Origin: Planctomycetota bacterium
GTDB taxonomy: Bacteria > Planctomycetota > B15-G4 > JADJEK01
NCBI GenBank assembly: GCA_044225365.1
Contig: JBGAIQ010000001.1
Span: forward strand, 224,001 to 288,000
Direction: 5' to 3'
Length of the DNA stretch: 64,000 nt
The notes beneath the pieces were generated by a model that had not been told where the DNA came from, did not search any database, and saw only the letters and a list, made by a program, of their open reading frames with translations. A program made the position numbers and the translations under genes. This document shows, piece after piece, positions 13,281 to 24,112 of this stretch (within the stretch, counting starts at the first letter, position 1; each line of letters starts with the position of its first letter).

Positions 13281-14666
13281 ATGAGCGAAGAAGACGAGAC
13301 TGCGCTGGAAAATGCCCGGCCGCCGTCCCGGCTCGCTTTCCTGTTGTATGATCTCACGCTTTGCATCGCGGGTCTGATCGCTGCGCCGTGGCTCCTCCTT
13401 CGGCTCGCGACCCGGGCACGCTATCGCGAAGGACTCGCCGAGCGACTCGGCCTGCGTTTGCCGCCTCACCGCGGTGAGCGGCAGCGAGTGTGGATCCACG
13501 CGGCGTCGGCCGGAGAGATGGTGGCAGCGCTTGCGCTGCTGGAACGCCTCGCTGCGAAGCATCCGGAGTACGGATTCGTGCTGTCGAGCACGACGACGTC
13601 GGGCCTGCAGGTCGCGAATCGGCACGGCGGACTCGCGTCGGAGTGCTCGCGGTTCCTGCTTCCGCTCGACCTCGGGATCTGTGTTCGACGAGTCCTCGAT
13701 CGCGTGGACCCGCGGATGATCGTGCTGGTGGAGTTGGAGTTGTGGCCCAACCTCGTCGCGGAGGCGGGGCGGCGCTCCATTCCGCTCGTCGTCGCCAACG
13801 GACGGGTCTCGGAGCGTTCGGCACGCCGCTATCGCTGGCCGATCGTCTCCTCGCTCGTCGGTTTCCGGCGGGTTGCCGGATTCGCGGTGCAGAACGAAGA
13901 GATTGCGGCGCATGTGCGTGCGCTGGGTGTGCCTGAGGACCGAATCGCCGTGACCGGAAACATGAAGATCGACCGACCGACGCCGGGAGCCGCCGACCGC
14001 GAACGAATTCGCGCGTCGCTCGGCGTCGCATCGCAGGCGAGCGGTCGAAGAGTGGGGCTGGTCGTCGCCGGCAGCACGCATCGCGGAGAGGAGGCGGCGC
14101 TCGCCCGTGCTTCGAAACGACTTGAGGCGGAAGGGCTTTTGGTCCGATGGATGATCGCTCCGCGCCATCGTGAGCGCCTCGCGGAAGCCGAACGGGATCT
14201 GGTCGAGAATGGGCTCGATCCGGTACGGCTCTCCGCGCTTCGCGGTGGGAACGGGGTGTTCGGAGTGGGCACCGCGCTGGTCGTCGATACGATGGGGGAG
14301 CTGGCGAGTCTCTACGCCGCGGCGGACGTCGCGTACGTGGGAGGGTCGCTCTTCCCCGGGGTCGGCGGTCACAACGTGTTCGAGCCCGTGATGGCGGGGG
14401 CGCCTGCGATCGTCGGTCCGTATCTGAAGAACGTGCGTGCAGACGCGCAGTACCTCGAAGGGTGCGGCGCGCTCCGCGTGGCGGCAGACGAGAACGAACT
14501 CGTCGTCGCCTTGAAAGACATGCTTCGCGACGACGCGAGTCGGTATCGCGAAGCGACCCATGCGGCGGTGGCGCGCGCTCGCGGCGCTGCCGATCGCACG
14601 GTCGAATTCATCGAGAGTCGCCTGCTTCGCAGTCCCGCGGTGAAGGCGCGTGTTTTGAAAGGATAG
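13281..14666 (+). CDS. waaA: Kdo transferase
   Basis: [51 protein letters not shown]. Confidence 0.92.
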   Translation: MSEEDETALENARPPSRLAFLLYDLTLCIAGLIAAPWLLLRLATRARYREGLAERLGLRLPPHRGERQRVWIHAASAGEMVAALALLERLAAKHPEYGFVLSSTTTSGLQVANRHGGLASECSRFLLPLDLGICVRRVLDRVDPRMIVLVELELWPNLVAEAGRRSIPLVVANGRVSERSARRYRWPIVSSLVGFRRVAGFAVQNEEIAAHVRALGVPEDRIAVTGNMKIDRPTPGAADRERIRASLGVASQASGRRVGLVVAGSTHRGEEAALARASKRLEAEGLLVRWMIAPRHRERLAEAERDLVENGLDPVRLSALRGGNGVFGVGTALVVDTMGELASLYAAADVAYVGGSLFPGVGGHNVFEPVMAGAPAIVGPYLKNVRADAQYLEGCGALRVAADENELVVALKDMLRDDASRYREATHAAVARARGAADRTVEFIESRLLRSPAVKARVLKG

Positions 14667-14668
14667 AA

Positions 14669-15835
14669 ATGGCTGAACGGCACCTCTTCACCTCCGAATC
14701 GGTCGGCATGGGTCACCCCGACAAGCTCGCCGACCAGATCTCCGACTCGATCCTCGACGCGATCCTCGCCCAGGATCCGACGTCGCGCGTCGCGTGCGAG
14801 ACTCTCGTCACGACCGGTCTCTGCGTCGTGTCCGGCGAGATCACCACGAATGCGACGATCGACTACCAGGCGATCGCGCGCGACACGATCAACAAGATCG
14901 GCTACACGGACGACGAGTTCGGCATCTGCGGGGATACCTGCGGCGTGCTGGTCTCCGTGCACAAGCAGTCGCCCGACATCTCCCAGGGCGTTACCGAAGG
15001 TCAGGGTCTCCACAAGGAGATGGGCGCCGGCGACCAGGGCATGATGTTCGGCTACGCCTGCAACGAGACGCCCGAGCTGATGCCGATGCCGATCATGTTC
15101 GCGCATCGTCTGATGGCGCGCCTCGCGGAGGTCCGCTTCAAGAAGACATTGCCTTGGCTGCGTCCCGACGCCAAGTCGCAGGTGACGATCGAGTACATCG
15201 ACGGCAAGCCCGCGCGCGTCGACACGATCGTGATCTCAACGCAGCACGCGCCGGAGGCGAAGCACTCCGTGATCTTCAAGGCCATGGTCGACCAGGTGAT
15301 CAAGAAGGTGATCCCGGCGAAGCTCATGGACAAGAAGACCAAGATCCACATCAATCCGACCGGTCGTTTCGTCGTCGGCGGTCCGCACGGCGATACCGGC
15401 CTCACGGGCCGCAAGATCATCGTCGACACCTACGGCGGCATGGGTCGCCATGGCGGCGGCGCGTTCTCCGGCAAGGACCCGTCGAAGGTCGATCGTTCGG
15501 CGGCTTACGCCGCCCGTTGGGTCGCGAAGAACGTGGTCGCGGCCGGACTCGCCGATCGCTGCGAAGTGCAGGTCGCGTACGCGATCGGCGTCGCGCAGCC
15601 GGTCTCGATCAATTGCGACACCTTCGGCACCGGCCGCGTCGCGGACCCGATCATCCTCACTGCGATCCGCGAGCACTTCGACCTCACGCCGTACGGGATC
15701 ATCAAGTCGCTGAACCTGCGACGTCCGGTGTTCTTCGAAACCGCTCGCCACGGTCACTTCGGCCGCAGCGGCGACGGCTTCACCTGGGAACAGACGACGA
15801 AGGCCGCAGCGTTGAAGCGTTCCTGCGGCATGTGA
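14669..15835 (+). CDS. metK: S-adenosylmethionine synthetase
   Basis: [33 protein letters not shown]. Confidence 0.98.
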   Translation: MAERHLFTSESVGMGHPDKLADQISDSILDAILAQDPTSRVACETLVTTGLCVVSGEITTNATIDYQAIARDTINKIGYTDDEFGICGDTCGVLVSVHKQSPDISQGVTEGQGLHKEMGAGDQGMMFGYACNETPELMPMPIMFAHRLMARLAEVRFKKTLPWLRPDAKSQVTIEYIDGKPARVDTIVISTQHAPEAKHSVIFKAMVDQVIKKVIPAKLMDKKTKIHINPTGRFVVGGPHGDTGLTGRKIIVDTYGGMGRHGGGAFSGKDPSKVDRSAAYAARWVAKNVVAAGLADRCEVQVAYAIGVAQPVSINCDTFGTGRVADPIILTAIREHFDLTPYGIIKSLNLRRPVFFETARHGHFGRSGDGFTWEQTTKAAALKRSCGM

Positions 15836-15868
15836 AACCGGCGCATTCGCCGACGTAGACGTATCGAC

Positions 15869-15913
15869 AGGGCGATGGGCGACTGGGACCACGGTCTCGT
15901 CGCCCATCGCCCT
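15869..15913 (+). terminator. Long stem-loop after metK
   Basis: Perfect 15-bp inverted repeat AGGGCGATGGGCGAC / GTCGCCCATCGCCCT with an inner stem. Confidence 0.55.
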
Positions 15914-16033
15914 TCGCATTTGGGGCTGCTCTGGCTTCGCGTGCGGCGAGCCGTTACCATTCGCCGGACCGAGCGTATTCGCTCGAGGTCCAGTGTCCAA
16001 TGCGCGCCCTCACCGCGCGCGGGAGCGTGCCCC

Positions 16034-16663
16034 ATGACTTCGCCAGGCTTCAGAACGCGAGTGCGAGGTTTCTCGCTGATCGAGATCCTCATCGTCATCA
16101 CGATCATCGGACTGCTCGTGGGGCTCGCGGTGCCGGCGATGCAGGGTGTTCAGGAACGCGGGCGAGTCACTGCCTGCATGAGCAACCTGAAGAACCTCGC
16201 CGAGTCGCTGATCGTGTTCAAGGGCCGCAACAACAGCAACTGGCCGAAGGAATCCGGGATCCGCTTCCTGCTCGCCCTGGTCCGGGCCGATGCGATCGGC
16301 AAGAAGGACATGGGCGTCTTCATCTGCCCCGGTACGGGTGACGACAACAACGACGGCGAGGCCTACAAGGACTGGGACGGTCTCGATTCCCGCACGATCT
16401 CGTACGCCGGTCGCGACACCAAGAATTTCCCGATCAACAAGAGTCGCGAGGACGAGGAAGTGATCGCCTCCGACGACAACGAGGGGCGCGACAATCACCG
16501 TACGCAGACTTGCTACGTCTACGCCGACGGAGTGCCCAAGGCGTTCGACCGCAAGATCGACAAGCGCGTCATCGATGGAACGATCACCTTCGACGAAGGC
16601 GAGTTCGTCACGGTCGGTCCGACCTCCAAGGTCGAGGAACTGAAGAAACTCCAGATCGACTGA
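16034..16663 (+). CDS. Prepilin-type N-terminal cleavage protein with H-X9-DG motif
   Basis: RG|FSLIEILIVITIIGLL; ACMSNLKNL; FICP; C-terminal H-RTQTCYVYA-DG. Confidence 0.85.
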   Translation: MTSPGFRTRVRGFSLIEILIVITIIGLLVGLAVPAMQGVQERGRVTACMSNLKNLAESLIVFKGRNNSNWPKESGIRFLLALVRADAIGKKDMGVFICPGTGDDNNDGEAYKDWDGLDSRTISYAGRDTKNFPINKSREDEEVIASDDNEGRDNHRTQTCYVYADGVPKAFDRKIDKRVIDGTITFDEGEFVTVGPTSKVEELKKLQID

Positions 16664-16734
16664 GGCGTTAACGACTGGAACTCGCGGGACGGGCCGGTAT
16701 CCTGTCCCGCTTCTGTGACCCCCTTTCAAGAGTC

Positions 16735-17373
16735 ATGAGAATGCGGATCAACGTCCTGGCTCGGATCGTGGTTGCGGCCGCGGTCGCAATCGGTGTGGCG
16801 AACGTCGGCCTCGGCTCCAGCGCGCTGCGTTGGAAGTTGAACATCCACCCCGACGACACGACGCAGCGCAATCCCGCCGGTCGCATCGCCGTGAAGCCCG
16901 CGAAGGGTCGCGAGCAGGTGTACTGGTATTGCGTGTACACGATCAAGAACACGCACGACGAAGCGATCCCGCTGTCCGTCAACGTGACGGCCGAGACCGA
17001 CGCCTCCGATGCGAAGTTCAACGAGGGCTACTATCCGCGCGCCGTCGCTCAGCTGAAGAAGAAGTTCGGCGATGACCTGATGGACAACCTCAGCCTCAAC
17101 GGCTTCTCGCTCGAGCCCGGCAAGACGGTGCGCGCCGTTGCCGTGTTCCAGTTCTACGAGCCGGGGCCGGGGATGCGCTTCGAAGAGCGCGTGAACCACA
17201 TCACGATGAAGTTCGGCGGTTACTGCGATCCGGTCAAGCGCGCGGGTCTCCAGTACACGCTCGAGAACATCCAGCTCTGGATGGAGTTCTCGAAGAAGGG
17301 TGATCAATTCGATCCCGGTCACGAACCCGTGAACTTCCTGCGCCAGGAAGAACACGTCATCGCGGGCGGCTGA
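16735..17373 (+). CDS. Hypothetical exported protein
   Basis: Signal-peptide-like N-terminus; strongly biased codon usage; YWYCVYTIKN beta-rich core. Confidence 0.8.
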   Translation: MRMRINVLARIVVAAAVAIGVANVGLGSSALRWKLNIHPDDTTQRNPAGRIAVKPAKGREQVYWYCVYTIKNTHDEAIPLSVNVTAETDASDAKFNEGYYPRAVAQLKKKFGDDLMDNLSLNGFSLEPGKTVRAVAVFQFYEPGPGMRFEERVNHITMKFGGYCDPVKRAGLQYTLENIQLWMEFSKKGDQFDPGHEPVNFLRQEEHVIAGG

Positions 17374-17440
17374 TCGCCACTCCATTCCATCGGCGGGTCG
17401 TCGGGCGAATCGCGAGAGCGAGCCCCGATCCGTCCTCGCG

Positions 17441-17463
17441 AGGGCCCCGATCGGGGCCCTTTG
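17441..17463 (+). terminator. Putative intrinsic terminator
   Basis: Palindrome AGGGCCCC-GATC-GGGGCCCT ending in TTT. Confidence 0.5.
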
Positions 17464-17560
17464 CGTTGCATCGCGGGCGTGTCCGCGATTCGAACGCAAT
17501 CCAGTCGTCCCCTTCACGCACAGGGAAACGGATCGTCGGCCACGGCGATCCCGCACATCG

Positions 17561-19006
17561 ATGAGACTGACCAAGATCTGTGCCACGCTCGGACCCGCGA
17601 CTCGGGACCGCGCCAAGATCGAACAGCTGCTCGCCGCCGGAATGGACCTGGTGCGGCTGAACTTCTCGCACGGTGATCTCGCCGATCACGCGAAGACCGT
17701 GCGCAACGTTCGGAAGGCGGCGCTCGGCGTCGATCGTCCGATCGGGATCATGCAGGACCTGCAAGGTCCGCGCATCCGCATCGAGAAGATCGAAGGCAAG
17801 GTGGATCTCGTGCCGGGGCGGCGAGTCGCACTCCTCCCGCGTGGCGCGAAGTCGCCCTCGGCGCGCGATCTCACGCCGTTGCCATTCACGTTCGGATCGC
17901 TGCACCGTGACGTGGCCGTCGGCGCGCGAATCCTCTTGAAGGACGGAACGATCGAACTACGCGTCGTCGAATCGACGGCGAAGTCGCTCGTCTGTGAAGT
18001 CGTTCGTGGCGGTGCGATCGGCAGTGGCGCGGGGATGAACTTCCCGGATTCGACTCTCAGCGTTCCTGCGCTCACGGCGCGCGATCGCGAGCACATCGCC
18101 GCCGGCGTGAAGATGGGAGTCGACGCGATCGCACTCTCGTTCGTGCGCGACGCCGACGACATCCACCGCGCGCGAGAGATCCTGCGCAACGCCCGCAGCG
18201 AAGCGCTGATCATCGCCAAGATCGAGCGCTCCGCGGCGCTCGAGAACCTCGATGGGATTCTCGAGGCGACGGACGGCGTGATCGTCGCGCGCGGTGATCT
18301 TGGAGTGGAATGCTCGATGGAAGCCGTGCCCCTCCTGCAGAAGGAGATCATCCGGCGCTCGATCCGCAGCAACTGCTTCGTGATCACCGCGACGCAGATG
18401 CTCGAGTCGATGATCGAATCCTCGACGCCCACGCGCGCCGAGGTGAGCGACGTCGCGAACGCGGTTCTCGACGGTTCCGACGCCGTGATGCTCTCTGCCG
18501 AGACCGCGATCGGCAAGCATCCCGCCGAAGCGGTGGGCTGGATGGACCGGATCGCGCAGGCCGTCGAAGCCGAGTCGCGGATCCCCGTCGAACCCGCGAT
18601 CCCGCCGGATACTCCGCCCGACGACTTCATCCCGGCCGTCGCGCAATCCGCCGTCGCTCTCGCCGAGCAGGCTTCGGCCGCCGCGATCATGCCGTTCACG
18701 TTCTCTGGGCGCGCGGCGACGACGATCTCGATGCGCCGGCCCGCGGTACCGATCTACGCCTTCACGCCGAGCGATCGGATCGATCGGCGGCTCGCGTTCT
18801 ATCGCGGCGTCTATGCACGCACATTGAAGAAGCGCAGCGCTCGCGACGAGATGTTCCAGCGCGGGCTCGACGTACTGCGGGCCGACGAGATCCTGTTTCC
18901 CGATCAGGTCGTCGTGTTCGTCGGCGGTTACGCCATGGCGCACGGCGCAGCGAATACCGTGAAGGTGCATCGCATCGGCGCTCGCCAGGTCGGCCGACCA
19001 CGCTGA
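17561..19006 (+). CDS. pyk: Pyruvate kinase
   Basis: TKICATLGPA, RLNFSHG, DLQGP, IAKIE, ARGDLGVE, ATQMLESM, PTRAEVSDVAN. Confidence 0.97.
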   Translation: MRLTKICATLGPATRDRAKIEQLLAAGMDLVRLNFSHGDLADHAKTVRNVRKAALGVDRPIGIMQDLQGPRIRIEKIEGKVDLVPGRRVALLPRGAKSPSARDLTPLPFTFGSLHRDVAVGARILLKDGTIELRVVESTAKSLVCEVVRGGAIGSGAGMNFPDSTLSVPALTARDREHIAAGVKMGVDAIALSFVRDADDIHRAREILRNARSEALIIAKIERSAALENLDGILEATDGVIVARGDLGVECSMEAVPLLQKEIIRRSIRSNCFVITATQMLESMIESSTPTRAEVSDVANAVLDGSDAVMLSAETAIGKHPAEAVGWMDRIAQAVEAESRIPVEPAIPPDTPPDDFIPAVAQSAVALAEQASAAAIMPFTFSGRAATTISMRRPAVPIYAFTPSDRIDRRLAFYRGVYARTLKKRSARDEMFQRGLDVLRADEILFPDQVVVFVGGYAMAHGAANTVKVHRIGARQVGRPR

Positions 19007-19007
19007 G

Positions 19008-19670
19008 TCACTGCGCGAACTTCTCGAGCTCCGCGAGGCGCCGCGCCGCCGTCCGCAACGAATGTCCGGAGACGGCGTCGACGATCCGTTTCGACCATGG
19101 ACCGAGGTCGGCGCGCTCGACGTACTTCTTCGAGAGGTAGTGACCCACGAAAAGGATCACGATCCCGAAGATCAGGTTCGCAACGAGCCACGAGAGGTCG
19201 ACGCGAGCGAGCGCGGGGACACCGGTGACGGCTTCGAACAGGACGAGCGCGGCGGGGAGCCAAAGGACCACGCCGAGCAGCACCGCCCACTTGATCGCAC
19301 CGTACTCAGCGAGCTGCAGGCGTTCGACCTCGCTCTGGAGCGACAGGACCGATCCGCCGTAGTCGAGCCGGGAACCGTTCACGAGCAGGTAGAGCGAGTA
19401 CGCCGACAACACGACCCAGGAAGCCGCGAGCGCTCCGCCCAGGGCGACGTAGCGCGCCTCGTGTTCGTGACGTGCGACGAGCGGGATCGTGACGAGCAGC
19501 AAGGCGATCCCGAGCGCGGCTTCCAATGCGCGCCACGCGACGTAGGGAACGAACGCGCGGCGGACCTTCGTGAGCAGGACTTCACGGATCAAGCGCTCGT
19601 CGATCGCGAGATTCCGCTCGAGGATCGTGCCGAATTCGGCCCACGGGTTCTTCAGGTCGTCGAGTTGCAT
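19008..19670 (-). CDS. Membrane protein, putative anti-sigma factor
   Basis: MQLDDLKNPW N-terminus, about 4 TM helices, overlaps the 3' end of the ECF sigma gene. Confidence 0.65.
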   Translation of the reverse strand: MQLDDLKNPWAEFGTILERNLAIDERLIREVLLTKVRRAFVPYVAWRALEAALGIALLLVTIPLVARHEHEARYVALGGALAASWVVLSAYSLYLLVNGSRLDYGGSVLSLQSEVERLQLAEYGAIKWAVLLGVVLWLPAALVLFEAVTGVPALARVDLSWLVANLIFGIVILFVGHYLSKKYVERADLGPWSKRIVDAVSGHSLRTAARRLAELEKFAQ

Positions 19671-20197
19671 GGGGGTTCCTTGGTGCGGTCGTCGTTCTTT
19701 GAACGGTGAGGGTCGGGTCGTCGCGAAAAGGCCACGCGCAATCGGTCCTTGATGCGCGCGAGCTTGGTGCCGACGTTCGAGACGGAGATGCCGAGCACGT
19801 CGGCGATCGTCGCGTGGTCGTTGTCGTCGAGGTAGAGCAGCACGAGCGCCTTGTCGAGCGCGCCGAGTTCGTCGACGCAGTGCAGCAGGCGGCGGACGTC
19901 CTCGCCGAATTCCGGCGCGTTCGAGGCCGTGATCGCGGGTTCGTCGATCGGGCGCCTTCGTTCACGATGTCGTCGCTCCCGACGATGGAACGAAATCGCG
20001 ACGTTCAGCGCGATGCGGTAGATCCACGTCGTTTCGGAGAACCGAGCGTCGTAGCGGGCGCGGCACCGCCAGAGCTGGATCGCGATCTCCTGGACGACGT
20101 CCTCGCGATCCGAATGATCGCGACAGTACGCGTACGCGATCTTCTGGATCAGCCGGGCATGGCGGTGGAGGAGTTCGGTGAGTTCGGCGGGATTCAT
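19652..20197 (-). CDS. ECF RNA polymerase sigma factor
   Basis: EDVVQEIAIQLW, TWIYRIALNVA (region 2); IADVLGISVSNVGTKLARIK (region 4). Confidence 0.93.
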   Translation of the reverse strand: MNPAELTELLHRHARLIQKIAYAYCRDHSDREDVVQEIAIQLWRCRARYDARFSETTWIYRIALNVAISFHRRERRHRERRRPIDEPAITASNAPEFGEDVRRLLHCVDELGALDKALVLLYLDDNDHATIADVLGISVSNVGTKLARIKDRLRVAFSRRPDPHRSKNDDRTKEPPCNSTT

Positions 20198-20269
20198 CGG
20201 AGTGCGAGATGATTCGCAACGCACCGGTGGCCCATCACGGATCCCAGGTGTTTTTTCTTCGGTCCGGCG

Positions 20270-21382
20270 TCAGGCCCGGAAGTACTTCGCCAATGTGAGG
20301 CCTTGGCGTGCGTAGTTCGAGGTCGAGCCCGCGGCGCCGTAGATTCGACCGCAGCGCTGCGTCGTGCGGTGATACGCGAGGCGGAAGAACACCTGCCCGT
20401 CCTCGACGACGAAGGGCACGTCATGGGCGCGGACCTCGAGGACCGCCGGTGTGCCGTGGATCTCGCCGCGTTCGCCGAAGCCGAACCCGGCATCGAAGAA
20501 CCCAGCATAGTTCGTTCGCAGTTCACCGATGCCGACGTCGTACGCGAGCATCTCGGCGGCGTATTCCGGCGGGACGCGAACGCGCTCGCGCGACGCAAAG
20601 ATGTAGAACTCCTCCGGCTCGAGGACGAGGCGGCCGTTCCGCGGCGCGTGGATTGCCTCGAAGAACTCCGCGGGGTCGTGGGCTCGTGGACGGTCGAGAT
20701 CGATCACGCTCGTGAAGCGGCGCGCGCGATATCCGATCACGTTGCTGCCAGGCTCCGGCACCAGGCTGACCCCCAGATTGAGGCCGCCCTCGACGTTCAA
20801 TCGATCGACCGCGATCGAGCTTCCGTCGCGATCGACGACGAGAGGCTCAAGGGCATGGGCGGCGCGGTGTTCGTCATCGGTCAGCAGACTGTCGCGCGAG
20901 TAGAAGCGGAGCTGATTGAGGCGGCTGCCCGATCGCACCCGCACGGGGAACGAACTCGGCACGATCTCGACGAAGAGCCGACCGCGGTAACCCTCCGGGA
21001 TCTCGTCGAAGCGGCTCGTGTGATCGCAGATCACGCGGGTGAAGAGATCGATGCGCCCGGTCGACGACTTGGGATTCGCGCGCGCGCTGACGTCCGCCGG
21101 CAAGGTCAGTTCCTCGGCGAGCGGCACCAGGTAGATCTGGCCCGGCTCGAAGACGGCGCCCTCCGAGAGATCGATCTCGAACAATGTGAGGTCCCTCAAC
21201 CGGTCCTCGACCGTGTTGCGAGTGGGGAGGAAGCCGGCGCGAATGCGATGGGCACGCGCGCCGAGCCGAAGATCGAGCGATGTGGGCTGAACCTGATCCG
21301 CTTCGATCGGGGTTCGCGCTCGAATCGCGGCCTGCGCGATCAGCGCTTCGATTTCCACGTGGGTGAAGATGCCGCGGGACAT
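20270..21382 (-). CDS. dcd: dCTP deaminase, long two-domain type
   Basis: QVQPTSLDLRLG, ANPKSSTGRIDLFTRV, YAGFFDAGFG, VLEVRAHDVPF, NY..QGL.LAKYF. Confidence 0.88.
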   Translation of the reverse strand: MSRGIFTHVEIEALIAQAAIRARTPIEADQVQPTSLDLRLGARAHRIRAGFLPTRNTVEDRLRDLTLFEIDLSEGAVFEPGQIYLVPLAEELTLPADVSARANPKSSTGRIDLFTRVICDHTSRFDEIPEGYRGRLFVEIVPSSFPVRVRSGSRLNQLRFYSRDSLLTDDEHRAAHALEPLVVDRDGSSIAVDRLNVEGGLNLGVSLVPEPGSNVIGYRARRFTSVIDLDRPRAHDPAEFFEAIHAPRNGRLVLEPEEFYIFASRERVRVPPEYAAEMLAYDVGIGELRTNYAGFFDAGFGFGERGEIHGTPAVLEVRAHDVPFVVEDGQVFFRLAYHRTTQRCGRIYGAAGSTSNYARQGLTLAKYFRA

Positions 21383-21518
21383 ACGGGAGAAGATCATATC
21401 GACTGCCCGTTCCGCGTCGTTGCACAAACGGCGCCGCGCTTCTAGGCTCACTCGGTCACGATTCGAACCCGCCTCCGCACGCGTGCGGAACCCATGACAG
21501 CAGGAGCGGTCGCGCCGC

Positions 21519-22709
21519 ATGAAGATCCACGAATACCAAGCGAAGGAACTGCTGAAGCAGTACGACGTGCCCGTGCCGCGCGGCATCGTCGCCTACACGC
21601 CCGAAGAGGCGCGATCGGCCTACGAACAGCTCGGCTCGCCGCTCTCCGTCGTGAAGGCGCAGATCCACGCGGGTGGGCGCGGGAAGGGCGGCGGCGTCAA
21701 GCTCGTACGCTCGTCGCAGGAAGCGTTCGACGCCGCGAAGGCGATCCTCAGCAAGCCGCTGATCACGCATCAGACGGGACCGCAGGGCCAGAAGGTCCGC
21801 GTCCTCCTGATCGAAGAAGGCTCCGCGATCGCGAAGGAGTACTACCTCGGCATCGCGGTCGATCGCGCTTCGGGCGCGCCGGTCGTGATGGCGTCGTCGG
21901 AAGGCGGCATGGACATCGAGGAGGTCGCGCACAAGACGCCGGAGAAGATCCTGCGGGAGCGCGTCGACTCGTCCCTCGGTCTCTTCCAGTATCAGGCGCG
22001 ACGCCTCGCGTTCGGCATCGGTATCCCGGCGGCATCCGTGCCCGCGGCGGTCCGGGTGATGACCGCGCTGTCGAAACTCTTCCTCGACAAGGACTGCGCG
22101 CTCGCCGAGATCAACCCGCTGATCCTCACGCAGGACGGTCGCGTGATGGCGCTCGACGGCAAGATGAACTTCGACGCCAACGCACTCTATCGCCATCCGC
22201 ACATCGCGGGCTATCGCGACCTGGGTGAAGAGGATCCGCGCGAGGTCGAGGCCAGCAAGTTCGGGCTGTCCTACATCGCACTCGACGGCAACATCGGCTG
22301 CATGGTGAACGGCGCCGGTCTCGCGATGGGAACGATGGACATCGTGAAGCTCCACGGCGGCAGTCCGGCGAACTTCCTCGACGTCGGCGGCGGCGCCTCG
22401 ACCGAGCAGGTGCGCGAGGCGTTCCGGATCATCCTCCAGGACCCGAACGTCAAGGCGATCCTCGTCAACATCTTCGGCGGGATCATGAAGTGCGACGTCA
22501 TCGCGCAGGGCATCATCGAGGCCGCGCGGACCGTCAAGATGACCGTTCCCGTGGTGGTGCGGCTCGAAGGCACCAACGTCGACAAGGGTCGAGAACTCCT
22601 CGAGAAGAGCGGCCTCGCGTTGACGACGGCGATGGGACTCGAGGATGCGGCGAAGAAGGTCGTCGCCGCGTCCCAGGGTCGATCGGGCACGGCACAGGCG
22701 CGAGGTTGA
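21519..22709 (+). CDS. sucC: Succinyl-CoA synthetase beta subunit
   Basis: [49 protein letters not shown]. Confidence 0.98.
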   Translation: MKIHEYQAKELLKQYDVPVPRGIVAYTPEEARSAYEQLGSPLSVVKAQIHAGGRGKGGGVKLVRSSQEAFDAAKAILSKPLITHQTGPQGQKVRVLLIEEGSAIAKEYYLGIAVDRASGAPVVMASSEGGMDIEEVAHKTPEKILRERVDSSLGLFQYQARRLAFGIGIPAASVPAAVRVMTALSKLFLDKDCALAEINPLILTQDGRVMALDGKMNFDANALYRHPHIAGYRDLGEEDPREVEASKFGLSYIALDGNIGCMVNGAGLAMGTMDIVKLHGGSPANFLDVGGGASTEQVREAFRIILQDPNVKAILVNIFGGIMKCDVIAQGIIEAARTVKMTVPVVVRLEGTNVDKGRELLEKSGLALTTAMGLEDAAKKVVAASQGRSGTAQARG

Positions 22710-22719
22710 CGAGAAGAAC

Positions 22720-23607
22720 ATGAGCATCCTGATCGACAAATCGACGCGCGTGATCTGCCAGGGCATCACCGGGCAGGCCGGGTCCTTCCACACCAAGCAG
22801 ATGGTCGAGTACGGCACGCAGATGGTCGGCGGCGTCACACCCGGCAAGGGCGGCACCGCGATCCACGGCGTTCCGGTGTTCGACACCGTGGCCGAGGCGG
22901 TCGCGAAGACTGGAGCGACGGCCTCCGTTCTCTACGTGCCGCCACCGTTCGCGGCGGATTCGATCCTCGAGGCGGCCGCGAGCGGCATCAAGCTGATCGT
23001 GTGCATCACCGAGGGCATCCCGGTCGTCGACATGATGCGGGTGAAGGAACGCCTCCGCAATTTCGGGAACATCCGACTGATCGGTCCGAATTGCCCGGGC
23101 ATCATCACGCCGGGGCAATGCAAGATCGGCATCATGCCGGGATACATCCACAAGCCGGGAACCGTCGGCGTCGTGTCGCGTTCGGGCACCTTGACGTACG
23201 AAGCCGTCTGGCAGCTCTCGCAGCTCGGCCTCGGTCAATCGTCGTGCGTCGGAATCGGCGGCGACCCGATCAACGGCACGAACTTCATCGACTGCCTGCG
23301 ACTCTTCGAAGCCGATCCCGGCACCGAGGGGATCGTGATGATCGGCGAGATCGGCGGCACGGCGGAGGAGGAGGCTGCGGCCTTCATCAAGAGCTCCGTC
23401 CGGAAGCCCGTCGTCTCGTTCATCGCGGGTCAGACCGCGCCTCCCGGGAAGCGCATGGGCCACGCCGGCGCGATCATCTCGGGCGGAGCTGGCACGGCGG
23501 CGGAGAAGGTGAAGGCGCTGAAGGAGGCCGGCGTTCGCGTCGTTCCCACGCCCGCATCGCTCGGTAGCGAGATGGCGGCAGCGCTGAAGGAGCGCGGCGG
23601 TCGTTGA
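22720..23607 (+). CDS. sucD: Succinyl-CoA synthetase alpha subunit
   Basis: [38 protein letters not shown] phospho-His motif. Confidence 0.98.
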   Translation: MSILIDKSTRVICQGITGQAGSFHTKQMVEYGTQMVGGVTPGKGGTAIHGVPVFDTVAEAVAKTGATASVLYVPPPFAADSILEAAASGIKLIVCITEGIPVVDMMRVKERLRNFGNIRLIGPNCPGIITPGQCKIGIMPGYIHKPGTVGVVSRSGTLTYEAVWQLSQLGLGQSSCVGIGGDPINGTNFIDCLRLFEADPGTEGIVMIGEIGGTAEEEAAAFIKSSVRKPVVSFIAGQTAPPGKRMGHAGAIISGGAGTAAEKVKALKEAGVRVVPTPASLGSEMAAALKERGGR

Positions 23608-23608
23608 C

Positions 23609-24112
23609 GTGAGTGAAGGAGACGATATCGCGACCGCGACGCCGGCTCCTTCGGGCCGCAAACGACCGCATCAGCGGCGCGGACCGAGCGCGTTGCCGTA
23701 CCTGCTGATGTTCGCGTTCGTGTTCTTCGTCCTCGCGTTCTCCGACGACGCTCGTACCTGGGTCGACACGCATCTTGGAGTGGAGCGCATCCTGCTCGCG
23801 GGCCTCGGATTCCTGTGCCTCCATGCGGCGTGGCTCGGATTCGATACGGCGCGATTGCGCGAGCGGCTGCTCGATCTGTTGGCGAATCTCATGCGGACCC
23901 TGAAGGGTCCCGACCTCGAACGCGATGCCGACGCGATCGAGATCCTGGTGAAGGCGATCGGTTCGGCTAATCTGGACGTTCGTGGTTCGGCCCGCGGGCA
24001 TCTCGTCCGCCTGACCGGCCGCGACCTCGGCGACGATCCCTCGCGTTGGGCCGCATGGTGGGCCGAGCAGCGCGCACAATGGAATCGCTCGACCGAAGGA
24101 GGTAGTTCGTGA
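23609..24112 (+). CDS. Hypothetical membrane protein with C-terminal HEAT-like repeat
   Basis: Two TM segments, then VRGSARGHLVRLTGRDLGDDPSRWAAWW; tightly packed between sucD and tatA. Confidence 0.75.
   Translation: MSEGDDIATATPAPSGRKRPHQRRGPSALPYLLMFAFVFFVLAFSDDARTWVDTHLGVERILLAGLGFLCLHAAWLGFDTARLRERLLDLLANLMRTLKGPDLERDADAIEILVKAIGSANLDVRGSARGHLVRLTGRDLGDDPSRWAAWWAEQRAQWNRSTEGGSS

Noticed and set aside
14600-14668. SAM riboswitch before metK
   Set aside because: The region is waaA coding sequence and no riboswitch consensus is visible.
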